A DNA stretch of 32,000 bases, taken from NCBI GenBank assembly GCA_003144275.1, contig NJBF01000011.1, positions 1 through 32,000 of the forward strand, read 5' to 3'. A program made the position numbers and the translations under genes. The notes below the pieces were generated by a model, which made no database searches, was not told the origin of the DNA, and saw only the letters and a program-made list of their open reading frames with translations. The stretch comes from Candidatus Heimdallarchaeota archaeon B3_Heim. Its GTDB lineage: Archaea > Asgardarchaeota > Heimdallarchaeia > Hodarchaeales > Hodarchaeaceae. Of the stretch, positions 9,832 to 19,686 are shown in pieces. The number at the start of each line of letters is the position of its first letter. Position 1 is the first letter of the stretch.

Positions 9832-9912
9832 ACTCTTTTTGGCATTTATAATACTCATAACCCGCATAAAACGCCCCCAAAATGAAGTCATTAACCAAAC
9901 CAAATACATGGG
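9832..9912 (+). repeat. 81-bp direct repeat, copy 1
   Basis: actctttttggcatttataatactcataacccgcataaaacgcccccaaaatgaagtcattaaccaaaccaaatacatggg; 5 mismatches versus 12053-12133 by manual alignment. Confidence 0.92.
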
Positions 9913-10011
9913 TCTTAATTGTTTCAAACTTTAAAAATTTTTTAGGATGGGAAAGTTAATTAGGATTACTTTCCACGCATAGCTAATAATATTTTTCGAG
10001 TTGAAAATGAA

Positions 10012-11898
10012 ATGAGGACGAGGATGGCCATAATCATATTAATACTGATTCTGATGTTGAGTTCAAATAGTATAAGCGCCAAGAAAGCTACAAATGAGCA
10101 ACAAGAATCGTCATATGATCTCTACGCATCAACATTTCTTGGTGGATTTGGGGATGATATTGTGTGGGATAATACTGTTGATGAGGAAGGGTATATTTAT
10201 CTAACGGGAACAACAGACTCTCCTTTATTTCCAGTAACTCCTAATGCAGCAAATAGTACCTATGGCGGTTCTGATGATGCCTTTTTAGTGAAAATGGATC
10301 CTTTTGCGAGTACTGTTCTTTATGCTACTTTTTGGGGGGGAAGTAGCTATGATGTTGGATACGCAATTACCTTGGATTCGATAGGAAATATTTACATTGG
10401 GGGTTTTACTCAATCAGTAGACTTTCCATTATCGATTGGAGCATATAATTCGACAAAACTAGGTTCGCACAAGGACGGTTTTATTGCAAAATTTGATCCT
10501 TATGGACAGATGCTCTATTCAACACTTTTGGGCTCAGTTACTACTGTTCAATCGCTTACTGTATTAGCTGATGATTCGATCGTGGCAGGGGGCTTGATAA
10601 AAGACATAGATTTTTTAATTACTTCAGCCAATGCTTATGATCAGACTTTAGGTGCTTCAGAAGATGGGTACATTTTTTGCCTTTCTGCTGATGGAAGCAC
10701 TCTTGTCTATAGCTCATATATTGGAGGGGCACAGAACGAAATTATTATGGATATTGACGCTGTTGGTGATCACGTGGTATTTACAGGGGAAACTCGCTCG
10801 GCAGATCTTGAAGTCATGAATGCAGAACAAACACAGTTAGGATCCACAAATGTCGATGCTTTTGTAGGTAGGTTAAATATATTAAATGGACAAATGAATT
10901 TCTTGACCTACTGGGGAGGAAATATGGTGGATATCGGTAAAGCAGTGTACATTGATGATGATGGTGATGTCTGTGTGGTTGGAAAAACCGAATCTCGGGA
11001 TTTTCCATTTACTTTCAACGCATATGACCCAAGTCTATACACTGGTTTTAATGTCTTTGTTACTCATTTTCTTTCTAATGGATCGGTAGCTTACAGTTCG
11101 TTTGCTGGTAGTGTATCGGGAATCTATGACATTGCACCTCTATCAGACAAACGTGTTGCATTTGTAGGAACTGGTAGTGATCTTCCTACCACTCCAAATG
11201 CTTATTATGATGGAACTGGGGGATTTTTTGCCATACTAGCAACCGATAGACCTTATTTACATTATTGTAGTTATTTATCGGAAGGAACAAATAGCCCTTT
11301 TTCGGTAACTATTGGTGAAGGGGAAACGATATATTTAGCAGGTTATACAACTAGTCCCTCATTTCCTACAACAAATGGTTGTTTTGATCCCACGTTTGTA
11401 GGAGCTAACGATGGTTTTCTAACTATTTTTACACCTAGTATTGCTACATTAAGTGTTTCTTTAACATCGGTGCTGGTGACTAATTTAACATCGGCATTTC
11501 TATTTTCTGTAATGGATACTACTACTGGCTTGCCTCTTTCCTCAGTAACAGTCACGGGAACGTTTTTGATTATTTCATATCCAGCTGTGGAAACTATAGA
11601 GGGTTCATATCTCCTTATTGTCCCGCATTCCCTAACTCCTGAACTACTAGTTGTTACTGTTCAAAAAATGGGTTATGTCACTGAGACGTTAGTTCTAACC
11701 ATATTAATGGATGTACCTTCTATTATCATTACCGAGGTGACTTATATCACCCTTATCAATACTTCGACTACAAACACATTGACTAATAACACCTTGACAA
11801 CACCTACTGCAACCACTCCTGAGAGTACCCCTTTGCCTGGAATAATCTTTTTCCTTACGTTGGGGGTTGTAGTAATTGTTAAGAGAAAACGTAGATAG
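10012..11898 (+). CDS. SBBP-repeat (seven-bladed beta-propeller) surface protein with C-terminal anchor
   Basis: Signal peptide; repeated STFLGG..D.....VD..G.IY..G.T.S..FP.T..A motif; Thr-rich linker; ends TPLPGIIFFLTLGVVVIVKRKRR. Confidence 0.88.
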   Translation: MRTRMAIIILILILMLSSNSISAKKATNEQQESSYDLYASTFLGGFGDDIVWDNTVDEEGYIYLTGTTDSPLFPVTPNAANSTYGGSDDAFLVKMDPFASTVLYATFWGGSSYDVGYAITLDSIGNIYIGGFTQSVDFPLSIGAYNSTKLGSHKDGFIAKFDPYGQMLYSTLLGSVTTVQSLTVLADDSIVAGGLIKDIDFLITSANAYDQTLGASEDGYIFCLSADGSTLVYSSYIGGAQNEIIMDIDAVGDHVVFTGETRSADLEVMNAEQTQLGSTNVDAFVGRLNILNGQMNFLTYWGGNMVDIGKAVYIDDDGDVCVVGKTESRDFPFTFNAYDPSLYTGFNVFVTHFLSNGSVAYSSFAGSVSGIYDIAPLSDKRVAFVGTGSDLPTTPNAYYDGTGGFFAILATDRPYLHYCSYLSEGTNSPFSVTIGEGETIYLAGYTTSPSFPTTNGCFDPTFVGANDGFLTIFTPSIATLSVSLTSVLVTNLTSAFLFSVMDTTTGLPLSSVTVTGTFLIISYPAVETIEGSYLLIVPHSLTPELLVVTVQKMGYVTETLVLTILMDVPSIIITEVTYITLINTSTTNTLTNNTLTTPTATTPESTPLPGIIFFLTLGVVVIVKRKRR

Positions 11899-12050
11899 GA
11901 GAAAGAATGGATATTTCATGTCCCTTTTTTCATTCAATATATTTCTTTATTACGTACGGGACTTGCCACCAGTCTTTTTTATTAATAGACACAATTTTTA
12001 TTCTTTGACATTATCACTATTAATCAAAGTTACCTATGTGTTAATCTCCA

Positions 12051-12254
12051 TTACTCTTTTTGGTATTTATAATACTCATAACCTGCATAAAACGCCCCCA
12101 AAATGAAACCATAAACCAAACCAAATACATGGGCAAGTAAAGGATTTCCCAGTGTTCTAGGAACGTCAAGAAAGTAACCAGTCGCACCTGCATAAATATT
12201 GACCAATATTAAGATAAACATTTGGAAATCAGTAAAGTGAATTATTTCTCTCAT
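12051..12254 (-). CDS. Small two-TM membrane protein
   Basis: 67 aa with two hydrophobic segments (FILILVNIYAGATGYF; LLAHVFGLVYGFILGAFYAG). Its 3' end is duplicated at 9832-9912. Confidence 0.5.
   Translation of the reverse strand: MREIIHFTDFQMFILILVNIYAGATGYFLDVPRTLGNPLLAHVFGLVYGFILGAFYAGYEYYKYQKE
12053..12133 (+). repeat. 81-bp direct repeat, copy 2
   Basis: Matches 9832-9912 (76/81 identical); encodes the C-terminal half of the small membrane protein on the minus strand. Confidence 0.92.
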
Positions 12255-12504
12255 CGATAAACACTATGTTTTAGATAAAAGAGGAATAGCATTCAAAGCG
12301 GGTTATGATTTCAATAAGGAATTTAGTTTCGATGCAATCGAATTGAAACAGAAAGCAAAACAAGCGAATAATTATCAAGAGTTGAATTCTATCTTAGCAG
12401 AGATCAAACCAATCTCCAGAGAAGAAACCAGACACATCATTAAAGATAGAGCGAATATTCTAATCGAAGCTCAGGATGATTTAGCTGAATTAGAGGATTT
12501 CTAA
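12236..12504 (+). pseudogene. Start-less 3' gene remnant
   Basis: Open frame with no ATG and protein-like composition: ...HYVLDKRGIAFKAGYDFNKEFSFDAIELKQKAKQANNYQELNSILAEIKPISREETRHIIKDRANILIEAQDDLAELEDF*. Confidence 0.45.
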
Positions 12505-12715
12505 CGATTTTGAATTGCTGTGTTTCTTCTGAAATTGGTTCATTTTTGATTCATTCTTAGCTTCAAGTCGTCAAAGACCGATTAGATGAAGTCGCGAAAG
12601 AAATGCAAGAGGTACATAGACTTCAATTATTCATTTGAAAATAGAAGTGAGAATACCAATATTATCCCAACACTTCACATTGAATAGTTATCTAAACTCT
12701 TTTTGTTTAGAACAG

Positions 12716-15700
12716 TTATCTAAACAAATCTTCATAATCTTCAATATTATAGTGCTTAATTAAAATATCATCGATTTTCTTTTTTGTAGTGGATATTTCT
12801 GAACTTAGCTCCTTCATGTTAAAAGTTTTTATCGGACTATCCTTAAATTTGCCTGTTCCACTTATCTCATCCTTGAACCAATCAAATAAATTATTCATTA
12901 TTTGATGAATCGAGGTAATCCTATTTGTTCTCGGTAATTTAACAACTTTTAAGATTGCAAAGTCTTTATCCAAGATTTTTAGATCCTCTTTTTTATCATC
13001 TAAGTACGCACATATCGATAAGTAATAAAACCAAGTAATAGTTTCATCGATTAGTTTTAGTATGATTTTTTTGTCGTTTAGTATATCTAGGATTAAGGTT
13101 GTATCATCATGAATTTCAACATCATAGAACTTCTTATTTGATTCAGACTTAACAATTTTTGTTTCATTGTAAACTATACCATAATTACGTGCGTCACGAT
13201 AGCTTTTTATTAATCTGGAGATTGAGAACTCACTAACCTGATATTTGTGAAGTTCGTCAGAAAACCTTTCATTTATGACATTAAATTGCATAGAAGTAAT
13301 TTCTAAAATATTAACTAGGTCAATAACTTCTGTTTGTTCGGCATCATTGATTCTAGGAACTGGAAAATTTTCTACATTGTGTTTTAACACATCTAAACCA
13401 TTTCCTAGAAATTTATTGAAATAACCTAATATTGTTCCTGAATTAATTACTCCTAGCAGATACTTAATGTTATAGCTTTTAGATAAAAGTAATTCTTCTT
13501 CGCTCAAAGAAGGAGCGCTTTTTCCGAATTTTTTTCTTTCTACATCTTTAATATAATCTTTTTGAATTACGATTAATACTGTTTGATGTATTATTCTTTC
13601 CTCAGGATCGAATGCACCCTTTATATTTTTACCAGCAATTCTCGGGATTACTATCTTTGGATTGATTAACAATTCAGAAAATTTTGCTTTCCAACTCTTT
13701 GGATCATCTGCAAAATCCCAACCTTCTTTTTGAAGTTGTAAATAGTAATCCTTATCATCTGTATACAGAAAATAAGTTCCTCCTTTATCAGAAATATAGT
13801 ATTGAGTAATTTGTTTCCCTTTTAAATACGGTTTTGTCACTAACCCATTAACAGTTTTCGGTACTCTACTCTCAAAGGAGCTCAATGGTGAGATTTGTAT
13901 CCCATTGGTGATATAACAGACATCGCTCAATTTAATTGAATTTTCATTCATTTTCTTATAAAGTTCCCAGTCTTCATTCGAAATTAATCTCCAGCTAAGA
14001 TCCTTTAATTGAGAGAAGTTGCTTACATTGAGTGCAAAAGCTGATAGCATAAGTATCTGATTATCTCTAGGGTCTTCCAGTGGCTTATTTATCTTAACTT
14101 CTGACGTCTGCTCCTTTTTTACAATATGAAATATAATGGTATCAATAGTTGCTTCAGGAAATACCTTATAATCCCTTAAATCCACAAGAAACTGCAAACT
14201 AAATTCTTTAAGTATAAGTTCTCGAATTTTAATTGCATTTTGTTCATCTAATAAAGATCCGGGAATAATAAAACTGAAAGATCCTGATTCTCTTAAATTA
14301 AACAAACATTTTTCAACGAATAATAAATAAAGATCATACCGTTGATATTGATAAGAAAATAGGGGAGTTAAAATATCACGATAGTCATTTGGTAAATTAT
14401 TATATTCAACATAAGGAGGATTTCCAATTATTATATCGAAACTTGAAAAACCAAAAAGGACATTCCAGTCAGTGATTAGAGAATCATTATTCTTAATATT
14501 TTCAAGTAAAAACATTCTCTGACTTTCTGAAGGTAAAAAATCCAAATTCTGATAAGCACCATAAAGAGATTTATCTCCAATTAATTTATGAAACATAAGA
14601 TTCATTTTAGTCAAATCTACAGCTTCAGGTACAATATCAATTCCAAAAATATTGTATTTAATAGGATCATTGACTGGATCATATTCTCTTGCAATTTTTT
14701 CGTCGAATTCAACCTTAATCCGTTCTACAAAAAGCGATCCATCTTTTGTTTTCCATTCTCCTATTGCAATTGATTTTCTCCTAGCATATTCTGTCTTCAA
14801 CACGTTGTAAACCTTAATGAGGAACGAACCAGAACCGCAAGCTGGATCTAGTATTTTAATTTTGCGCAAATCGCCATTAAAACTGGATAAAAAAGGAATT
14901 AGTGTCTCACGTACGATATGGTCAACAACATATGAAGGAGTGTAATATTGACCTTTTAATTTTCTTTCATTTTCATCTGTTGTCGAAAATTTTACAATTT
15001 CTGCTAAAAAATGCTCATAGATATCTCCAAGGATATCTTCAGTTAAATTTTGATAGTTAAGCTTAGAAAACTCATCAATCAATTCCTCGATATATTCTTC
15101 TTTTATTTCGTATCCATGATCGAAGAGTTCATCATCAACAAAAAGGGGGCCATTATATCTCTTGTTTATTTTCTTGAATGTCAAATCGATTAAATTCCAA
15201 GATGGGGTTTCTTCTATCAAGTCTTTGAATACTGCTTTATAATCATCAGAAAGTCTATTGGGTTCAATACCCCAATATTCAATACTCTTCACAAAAATCA
15301 GTTTTTGGAGGAGTCTCATCCTTATTTTATGAAAATAAACATTCATTGAAACTCCTGATTGTATTACTTTTTCCTCAGTTGATTCTAAAACTGTAATATT
15401 ATCCTTTAACTTTTCATAATGTTCTTTTAGAAGACTAGTTATCTTTTCAATAGTATCCTGAACTCTAAATTGATTTCTCATTAATATGGTTAACCGATCA
15501 TTGATTAAATGATATTTATTGTCATCAATGCGTAAAAGATTTTTTAGAACTGTTAGATTCCTCTCATCATCATCTGATCTTACTGTCAATAGACACAAGT
15601 CAGATAATTGCTTGTGAGGTGTGAAAGTTTTGTAAACAAACCATTGCTTTCCGTTTGATACAACAAACCAAGGAATTCCCATCTTAGTGGCATATTCATG

Positions 15701-15982
15701 TGCCTGATCGATTGCTTTTTTTGTGTTCTTATGTTTAAAATCGGGTAAATTCTTATCTGTAATGCGAAAATTCACTCCTGTTCGTTTTGCTTCAATTACA
15801 ATCGTTTTAACATCGGAGTCGACATGTTCAGAGAATAAATAATCTAAAACTCTCCTATCTTCTTGAGGTTCCAGTTTTAAGACTCTTGATTTTATTAACT
15901 CCTCAATATCCCAATTACAATCTCTTAATAATCTATCAATATATACAACACGAGTCTCAGCCTCAGTTAAATCATCAGACAT
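12716..15982 (-). CDS. Type IIG (fused REase-MTase-TRD) restriction-modification enzyme, N6-adenine methyltransferase class
   Basis: N-terminal EAETR...VLDYL...VIEAKR nuclease; GQYYTPSYVVDHIV; motif I ILDPACGSGSFL; motif IV IIGNPPYV; TaqI-C-like target recognition region. ATG 15982 preferred over TTG 15997. Confidence 0.92.
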   Translation of the reverse strand: MSDDLTEAETRVVYIDRLLRDCNWDIEELIKSRVLKLEPQEDRRVLDYLFSEHVDSDVKTIVIEAKRTGVNFRITDKNLPDFKHKNTKKAIDQAHEYATKMGIPWFVVSNGKQWFVYKTFTPHKQLSDLCLLTVRSDDDERNLTVLKNLLRIDDNKYHLINDRLTILMRNQFRVQDTIEKITSLLKEHYEKLKDNITVLESTEEKVIQSGVSMNVYFHKIRMRLLQKLIFVKSIEYWGIEPNRLSDDYKAVFKDLIEETPSWNLIDLTFKKINKRYNGPLFVDDELFDHGYEIKEEYIEELIDEFSKLNYQNLTEDILGDIYEHFLAEIVKFSTTDENERKLKGQYYTPSYVVDHIVRETLIPFLSSFNGDLRKIKILDPACGSGSFLIKVYNVLKTEYARRKSIAIGEWKTKDGSLFVERIKVEFDEKIAREYDPVNDPIKYNIFGIDIVPEAVDLTKMNLMFHKLIGDKSLYGAYQNLDFLPSESQRMFLLENIKNNDSLITDWNVLFGFSSFDIIIGNPPYVEYNNLPNDYRDILTPLFSYQYQRYDLYLLFVEKCLFNLRESGSFSFIIPGSLLDEQNAIKIRELILKEFSLQFLVDLRDYKVFPEATIDTIIFHIVKKEQTSEVKINKPLEDPRDNQILMLSAFALNVSNFSQLKDLSWRLISNEDWELYKKMNENSIKLSDVCYITNGIQISPLSSFESRVPKTVNGLVTKPYLKGKQITQYYISDKGGTYFLYTDDKDYYLQLQKEGWDFADDPKSWKAKFSELLINPKIVIPRIAGKNIKGAFDPEERIIHQTVLIVIQKDYIKDVERKKFGKSAPSLSEEELLLSKSYNIKYLLGVINSGTILGYFNKFLGNGLDVLKHNVENFPVPRINDAEQTEVIDLVNILEITSMQFNVINERFSDELHKYQVSEFSISRLIKSYRDARNYGIVYNETKIVKSESNKKFYDVEIHDDTTLILDILNDKKIILKLIDETITWFYYLSICAYLDDKKEDLKILDKDFAILKVVKLPRTNRITSIHQIMNNLFDWFKDEISGTGKFKDSPIKTFNMKELSSEISTTKKKIDDILIKHYNIEDYEDLFR

Positions 15983-16735
15983 TATAATAATCTCCAAAAT
16001 TGAACTAGTAAGATTTTGGTAAGAATTAATTCCTAAAGAATTATCTATGTCAACCTAGTTTTTGAGAATTTAAACACTTCTACTATTGTACAAGCAAATC
16101 TGGTTAATATCCTCCAAAAATAGCCAGATGGTTCACAAAAATCTAGATTTCATAATTTTTTGGCAATAAATCCTGTTAAACCAACTAAAAAATTATCCAC
16201 CCACTTGAGGTAAATGTTATGTTTGGTTTATCTGCAGCTTCGTTCCCTATGTCAAGCCACGTTTGGATTTGCCTCCACTCTACCGTAGATAGAAAATTGT
16301 TTTTTGATTCAACATTTATTCTCTGACATTGAAATTTTATTTTGGAATGTTATCAGATATTACGAATCTGAGACAAATCAAATTGTTTTCAAATATTTTG
16401 ATGAATTAAAAATCTAATTGAGTTTATTCAATGGAAAAGAACAACCAAATATGAATGAGACAAAATCCTAGTTATAAAAAGTCAATGAACTCCCATAAGC
16501 TTAATCAAGAAGGTAATTGAAAATATTATATGATTTCAATAGTCGGGGTATCCTTAAGATTAACATATAAATGAAATATGTAGATATTCTCATATGAAAG
16601 CTTTATTTGACACATAGAAATATTACAATGACTTTTTTGCGTATTACAGGGGAAGGTGTAATATATGTTTGACGAAGTTCACAACACTGAAAAAAGAATG
16701 TAAATGTTCATTTGTCCACCAATTTCATTATCTCT

Positions 16736-17191
16736 TCAAATCTTTCTGCTTTTCCTTGCAGTTAGGACTAGCTCCTTAATTTCTGATGGCAATTGTTCAT
16801 CTTGCCATTTTCTTTCTACATCTATTGATTTACTTGCATTTTTCACGACTTTCAGAGCATATAACGCCGCACCTAATGAATGGTCAGCCATATGAGCAGT
16901 TGCAACAGCGTGTCCAACAGAACGAGCCACTGCAATTGCAATCGGGTTTGAAGATTCGTTTGCTACCGCAATTGCATCTAATGAAGCTTTTCTTGCCTCA
17001 TCAACTGAAGTATTTCCTTGTTTCCACTCTTTAGCCACATTTAGTGCATTTTTTAGTCGCTCATCAATTTTTTCTCCAAAGAGATACAATACATTCTCCG
17101 CACAGTCGCAAGCCCATTTAATTAACTGATAGTGCTGTTCCTTTTTTAGAGGTCCGCCCCGATGTTCAGCAATAAATCGTTTGTCTCGCAT
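16736..17191 (-). CDS. Imm5-like putative immunity protein
   Basis: MRDKRFIAEHRGGPL...WACDCAENVL...ARSVGHAVATAHMADHSLGAALYALK matches my recollection of the Imm5-like family. ATG at 17191. Confidence 0.75.
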   Translation of the reverse strand: MRDKRFIAEHRGGPLKKEQHYQLIKWACDCAENVLYLFGEKIDERLKNALNVAKEWKQGNTSVDEARKASLDAIAVANESSNPIAIAVARSVGHAVATAHMADHSLGAALYALKVVKNASKSIDVERKWQDEQLPSEIKELVLTARKSRKI

Positions 17192-17483
17192 TTTTGCCTT
17201 TGTCCGCAATGTTTCGTTATGTTTTATGATGTAAACTGGAGATTCTAATCCTTTAAACTCATAAAAATGTATATATCAAAAGCTAGCTAAAAAAATTAAC
17301 AGATTTATTTGCCGAAAGCCAGGTTTAAGAAATCAAATAATTGTATGACGAACTAGAAGAAAATTTGTAAAAATGAAGCGTTCTGTTGATTTCGCGGGAT
17401 TCTCTTTTCAACCAGAGATTGATGATCAGTTAAAGTAAACTGCATCCCAAATAATTCCCTCATTACCTTCCACTTAACCAATC

Positions 17484-18524
17484 CTATATCCAAATCAAAA
17501 ATCCGTTCTCAAGCTTAGTATTTTTCATTAAATTAGCAGAAATAGCACTTTGGATAAATTCTTCCAAAAAATCTGCTGAAAGTCCAGTTTGGACAGCTAA
17601 TTCGAATAAACTCAAATTTTCTTTATTATGGATTACCTGCAGAACTCGTGAAATTAAGTCATGTCTTTTAGGATTGAAATGAAATTCAAAAAAGGCATCA
17701 AGTTCTTCAAATGTGACATTCTCTGCAAGATGAAGTTGAAGTCGGAAACCGGTATCTCTGGGTCCAGATAATCCATACTTAGAAGATAATTGCTGAACCG
17801 CAATACTATCAACAACTATTTCAATTTTATACATTGATCCTTGGGGAATTCTGGATTTAAAATTATTTAATTCTCGAAGTAATTCATTTCTCTTTCCTGG
17901 TGACATTTTCGAACGAAGCAACGCTTTTATCTGTCTATTTGCATCATCTAAAAGAATACATGTAGCATCTTGGGGAATTAATGCTTGATCAATAATGGGA
18001 TCGATATTTCCAACCTTCGAGACATAAAATAAACTCACACCAGTCTCGATCAAACGAATTTTTTCATCGATTTTTGAAAATACCTCCCGTTTTTTCAGAT
18101 CCTCATCAAGACGAACATGATAAAGTTGTAAACTTCGTCTTATCATATTTTTGATTAAACCAATGTATTTTATGGTAGCGGTTGAACTAGTGATGACCCA
18201 AAGTACGATCATTCGCCCATGTCTTTGTATTCGTTCGTCTTGCGAAGATTTGGCCTTTAAAAAGAAAATAAATCCTAAGGAAAGGTAAGGATCTTTTGGT
18301 GTGGGCATTGGTCCATAACAACGAATTTCACCTGGTTGAAATGGGGAGTCAGATCCAATTGCCGTTAATGTTTTTATTGTCATACCAAAAGCTTCTTCCT
18401 CATTTAACGGAGAAGAGTTATATAAATTGGTAGGGCCATTATCCTCAAACGCTGAGAAAATAATACCATCAGAAATAGCTTGTCTTGGAGATTTCGAATT
18501 TCTATCAACCAGAGTATTCACCAA
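17484..18524 (-). CDS. Multidomain protein: longin/uDENN-like N-terminus, possible gelsolin-like middle, C-terminal winged helix
   Basis: IIFSAFEDNGP...YGPMPTP...LGFIFFL...DERIQRHG (longin/uDENN-like); CILLDDANRQIKALL...YKIEIV (gelsolin-like); LSLFELAVQTGLSADFLEEFIQSAISANLMKNTKLENGFL (wHTH). Confidence 0.55.
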   Translation of the reverse strand: MVNTLVDRNSKSPRQAISDGIIFSAFEDNGPTNLYNSSPLNEEEAFGMTIKTLTAIGSDSPFQPGEIRCYGPMPTPKDPYLSLGFIFFLKAKSSQDERIQRHGRMIVLWVITSSTATIKYIGLIKNMIRRSLQLYHVRLDEDLKKREVFSKIDEKIRLIETGVSLFYVSKVGNIDPIIDQALIPQDATCILLDDANRQIKALLRSKMSPGKRNELLRELNNFKSRIPQGSMYKIEIVVDSIAVQQLSSKYGLSGPRDTGFRLQLHLAENVTFEELDAFFEFHFNPKRHDLISRVLQVIHNKENLSLFELAVQTGLSADFLEEFIQSAISANLMKNTKLENGFLIWI

Positions 18525-18657
18525 GGATGAAATTAGCTTATTAACTGGAATGTTATCTTTTCAATCAATTTTGAGTCGAAAGAGGACTCTAAAAAGAAAG
18601 AGAAAAAAATATCATTCCTAATTGAAGCATAATTTCAACCTATATTAAACTAGGTAA

Positions 18658-19536
18658 TTAGAGAGAGGTAGAGAATTCGGGAATTATTGCTCGTATAAGA
18701 GATTCACTTTCTTCCCAGAGATGTTTAGCTACTTCCACATCATAGGAGGTAGGTGTTGATTCCTTCACTTGTTTATTCACAAAGTATTTCCCAGAGATGT
18801 GATTAACTTCAGGGGACGAAGCAAGAAAGATCGAAGTTTCAGCCCCCTTTTTCGGAGATTTGGCCATCAGCATCACAAGTTTTTTCCCGTTTCTCATAAT
18901 CCAGGGCATCTCATGACCTAAATTTGTTCTTACAATCCCAGGATGGAGACAATTCACAGTTACTCCAGAGTCTTCGATTCTTCTTGCAAGCTCATAAGTA
19001 AAGAGAATGTTTGCTAATTTACTTTGTCCGTAGACTTTCATCATAGAAAAGTGTTTTTCTGATTGCAAATCATCAAAATTCAATGCACGCTGGGCTCTTG
19101 AAGCCACATTAACTATTCGAGAGGGTGAGGATTGTTTCAAAACATAGAGCAACAAATTTGTTAGAAAAAAATGTCCTAGATGATTTACCACAAACATTTT
19201 TTCATATCCATCATCTGTTTCAATTCTTCTATTCGTATACACCCCTGCATTATTGATGAGGATATGAAGTTCATTATATTGTTCTTTGAAATTAAGCGAA
19301 AACTCCTGAATGGATTTGAGGGATCCTAAATCACCCTTCATCACATCTATTGAATTATTTTTTGTTCGCTCTACAATTTCTTTCTTCACTATCTCTCCTC
19401 GAGAATGATCTTGAGATAAGATAACTACAGTAGCTCCCATTTCTGCTAATCCTATTGCAGTTGCTTTACCAATTCCAGAGGTAGCTCCAGTAATCAAACA
19501 GACTCTATTCTTCATTCTTCCACTGTTTTGTGACAT
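18658..19536 (-). CDS. Short-chain dehydrogenase/reductase (retinol dehydrogenase-like)
   Basis: TGATSGIG, LINNAG, FVVNHLGHFFLT, catalytic YGQSK, LHPGIVRT. ATG at 19536 preferred. Confidence 0.93.
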   Translation of the reverse strand: MSQNSGRMKNRVCLITGATSGIGKATAIGLAEMGATVVILSQDHSRGEIVKKEIVERTKNNSIDVMKGDLGSLKSIQEFSLNFKEQYNELHILINNAGVYTNRRIETDDGYEKMFVVNHLGHFFLTNLLLYVLKQSSPSRIVNVASRAQRALNFDDLQSEKHFSMMKVYGQSKLANILFTYELARRIEDSGVTVNCLHPGIVRTNLGHEMPWIMRNGKKLVMLMAKSPKKGAETSIFLASSPEVNHISGKYFVNKQVKESTPTSYDVEVAKHLWEESESLIRAIIPEFSTSL

Positions 19537-19686
19537 TCGATGACATCTTCCTATCTTCTTGTATGGATTACCACTTTGATCTTCTTGAAAGATACCTCTC
19601 CAAAATCGTATTATTGTTATCAAATAATGGGTCAATAAACTCCTTAATGATTCAATAATATATCCTTAATTGATGATGTGAACGTA

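Noticed and set aside
10814-12106. Short ORFs overlapping the SBBP gene, including the His-run ORF
   Set aside because: The His run is simply the reverse complement of GATGATGATGGTGAT (DDDGD).
16704-17034. Plus-strand ORFs opposite the Imm5-like gene
   Set aside because: Antisense shadows.
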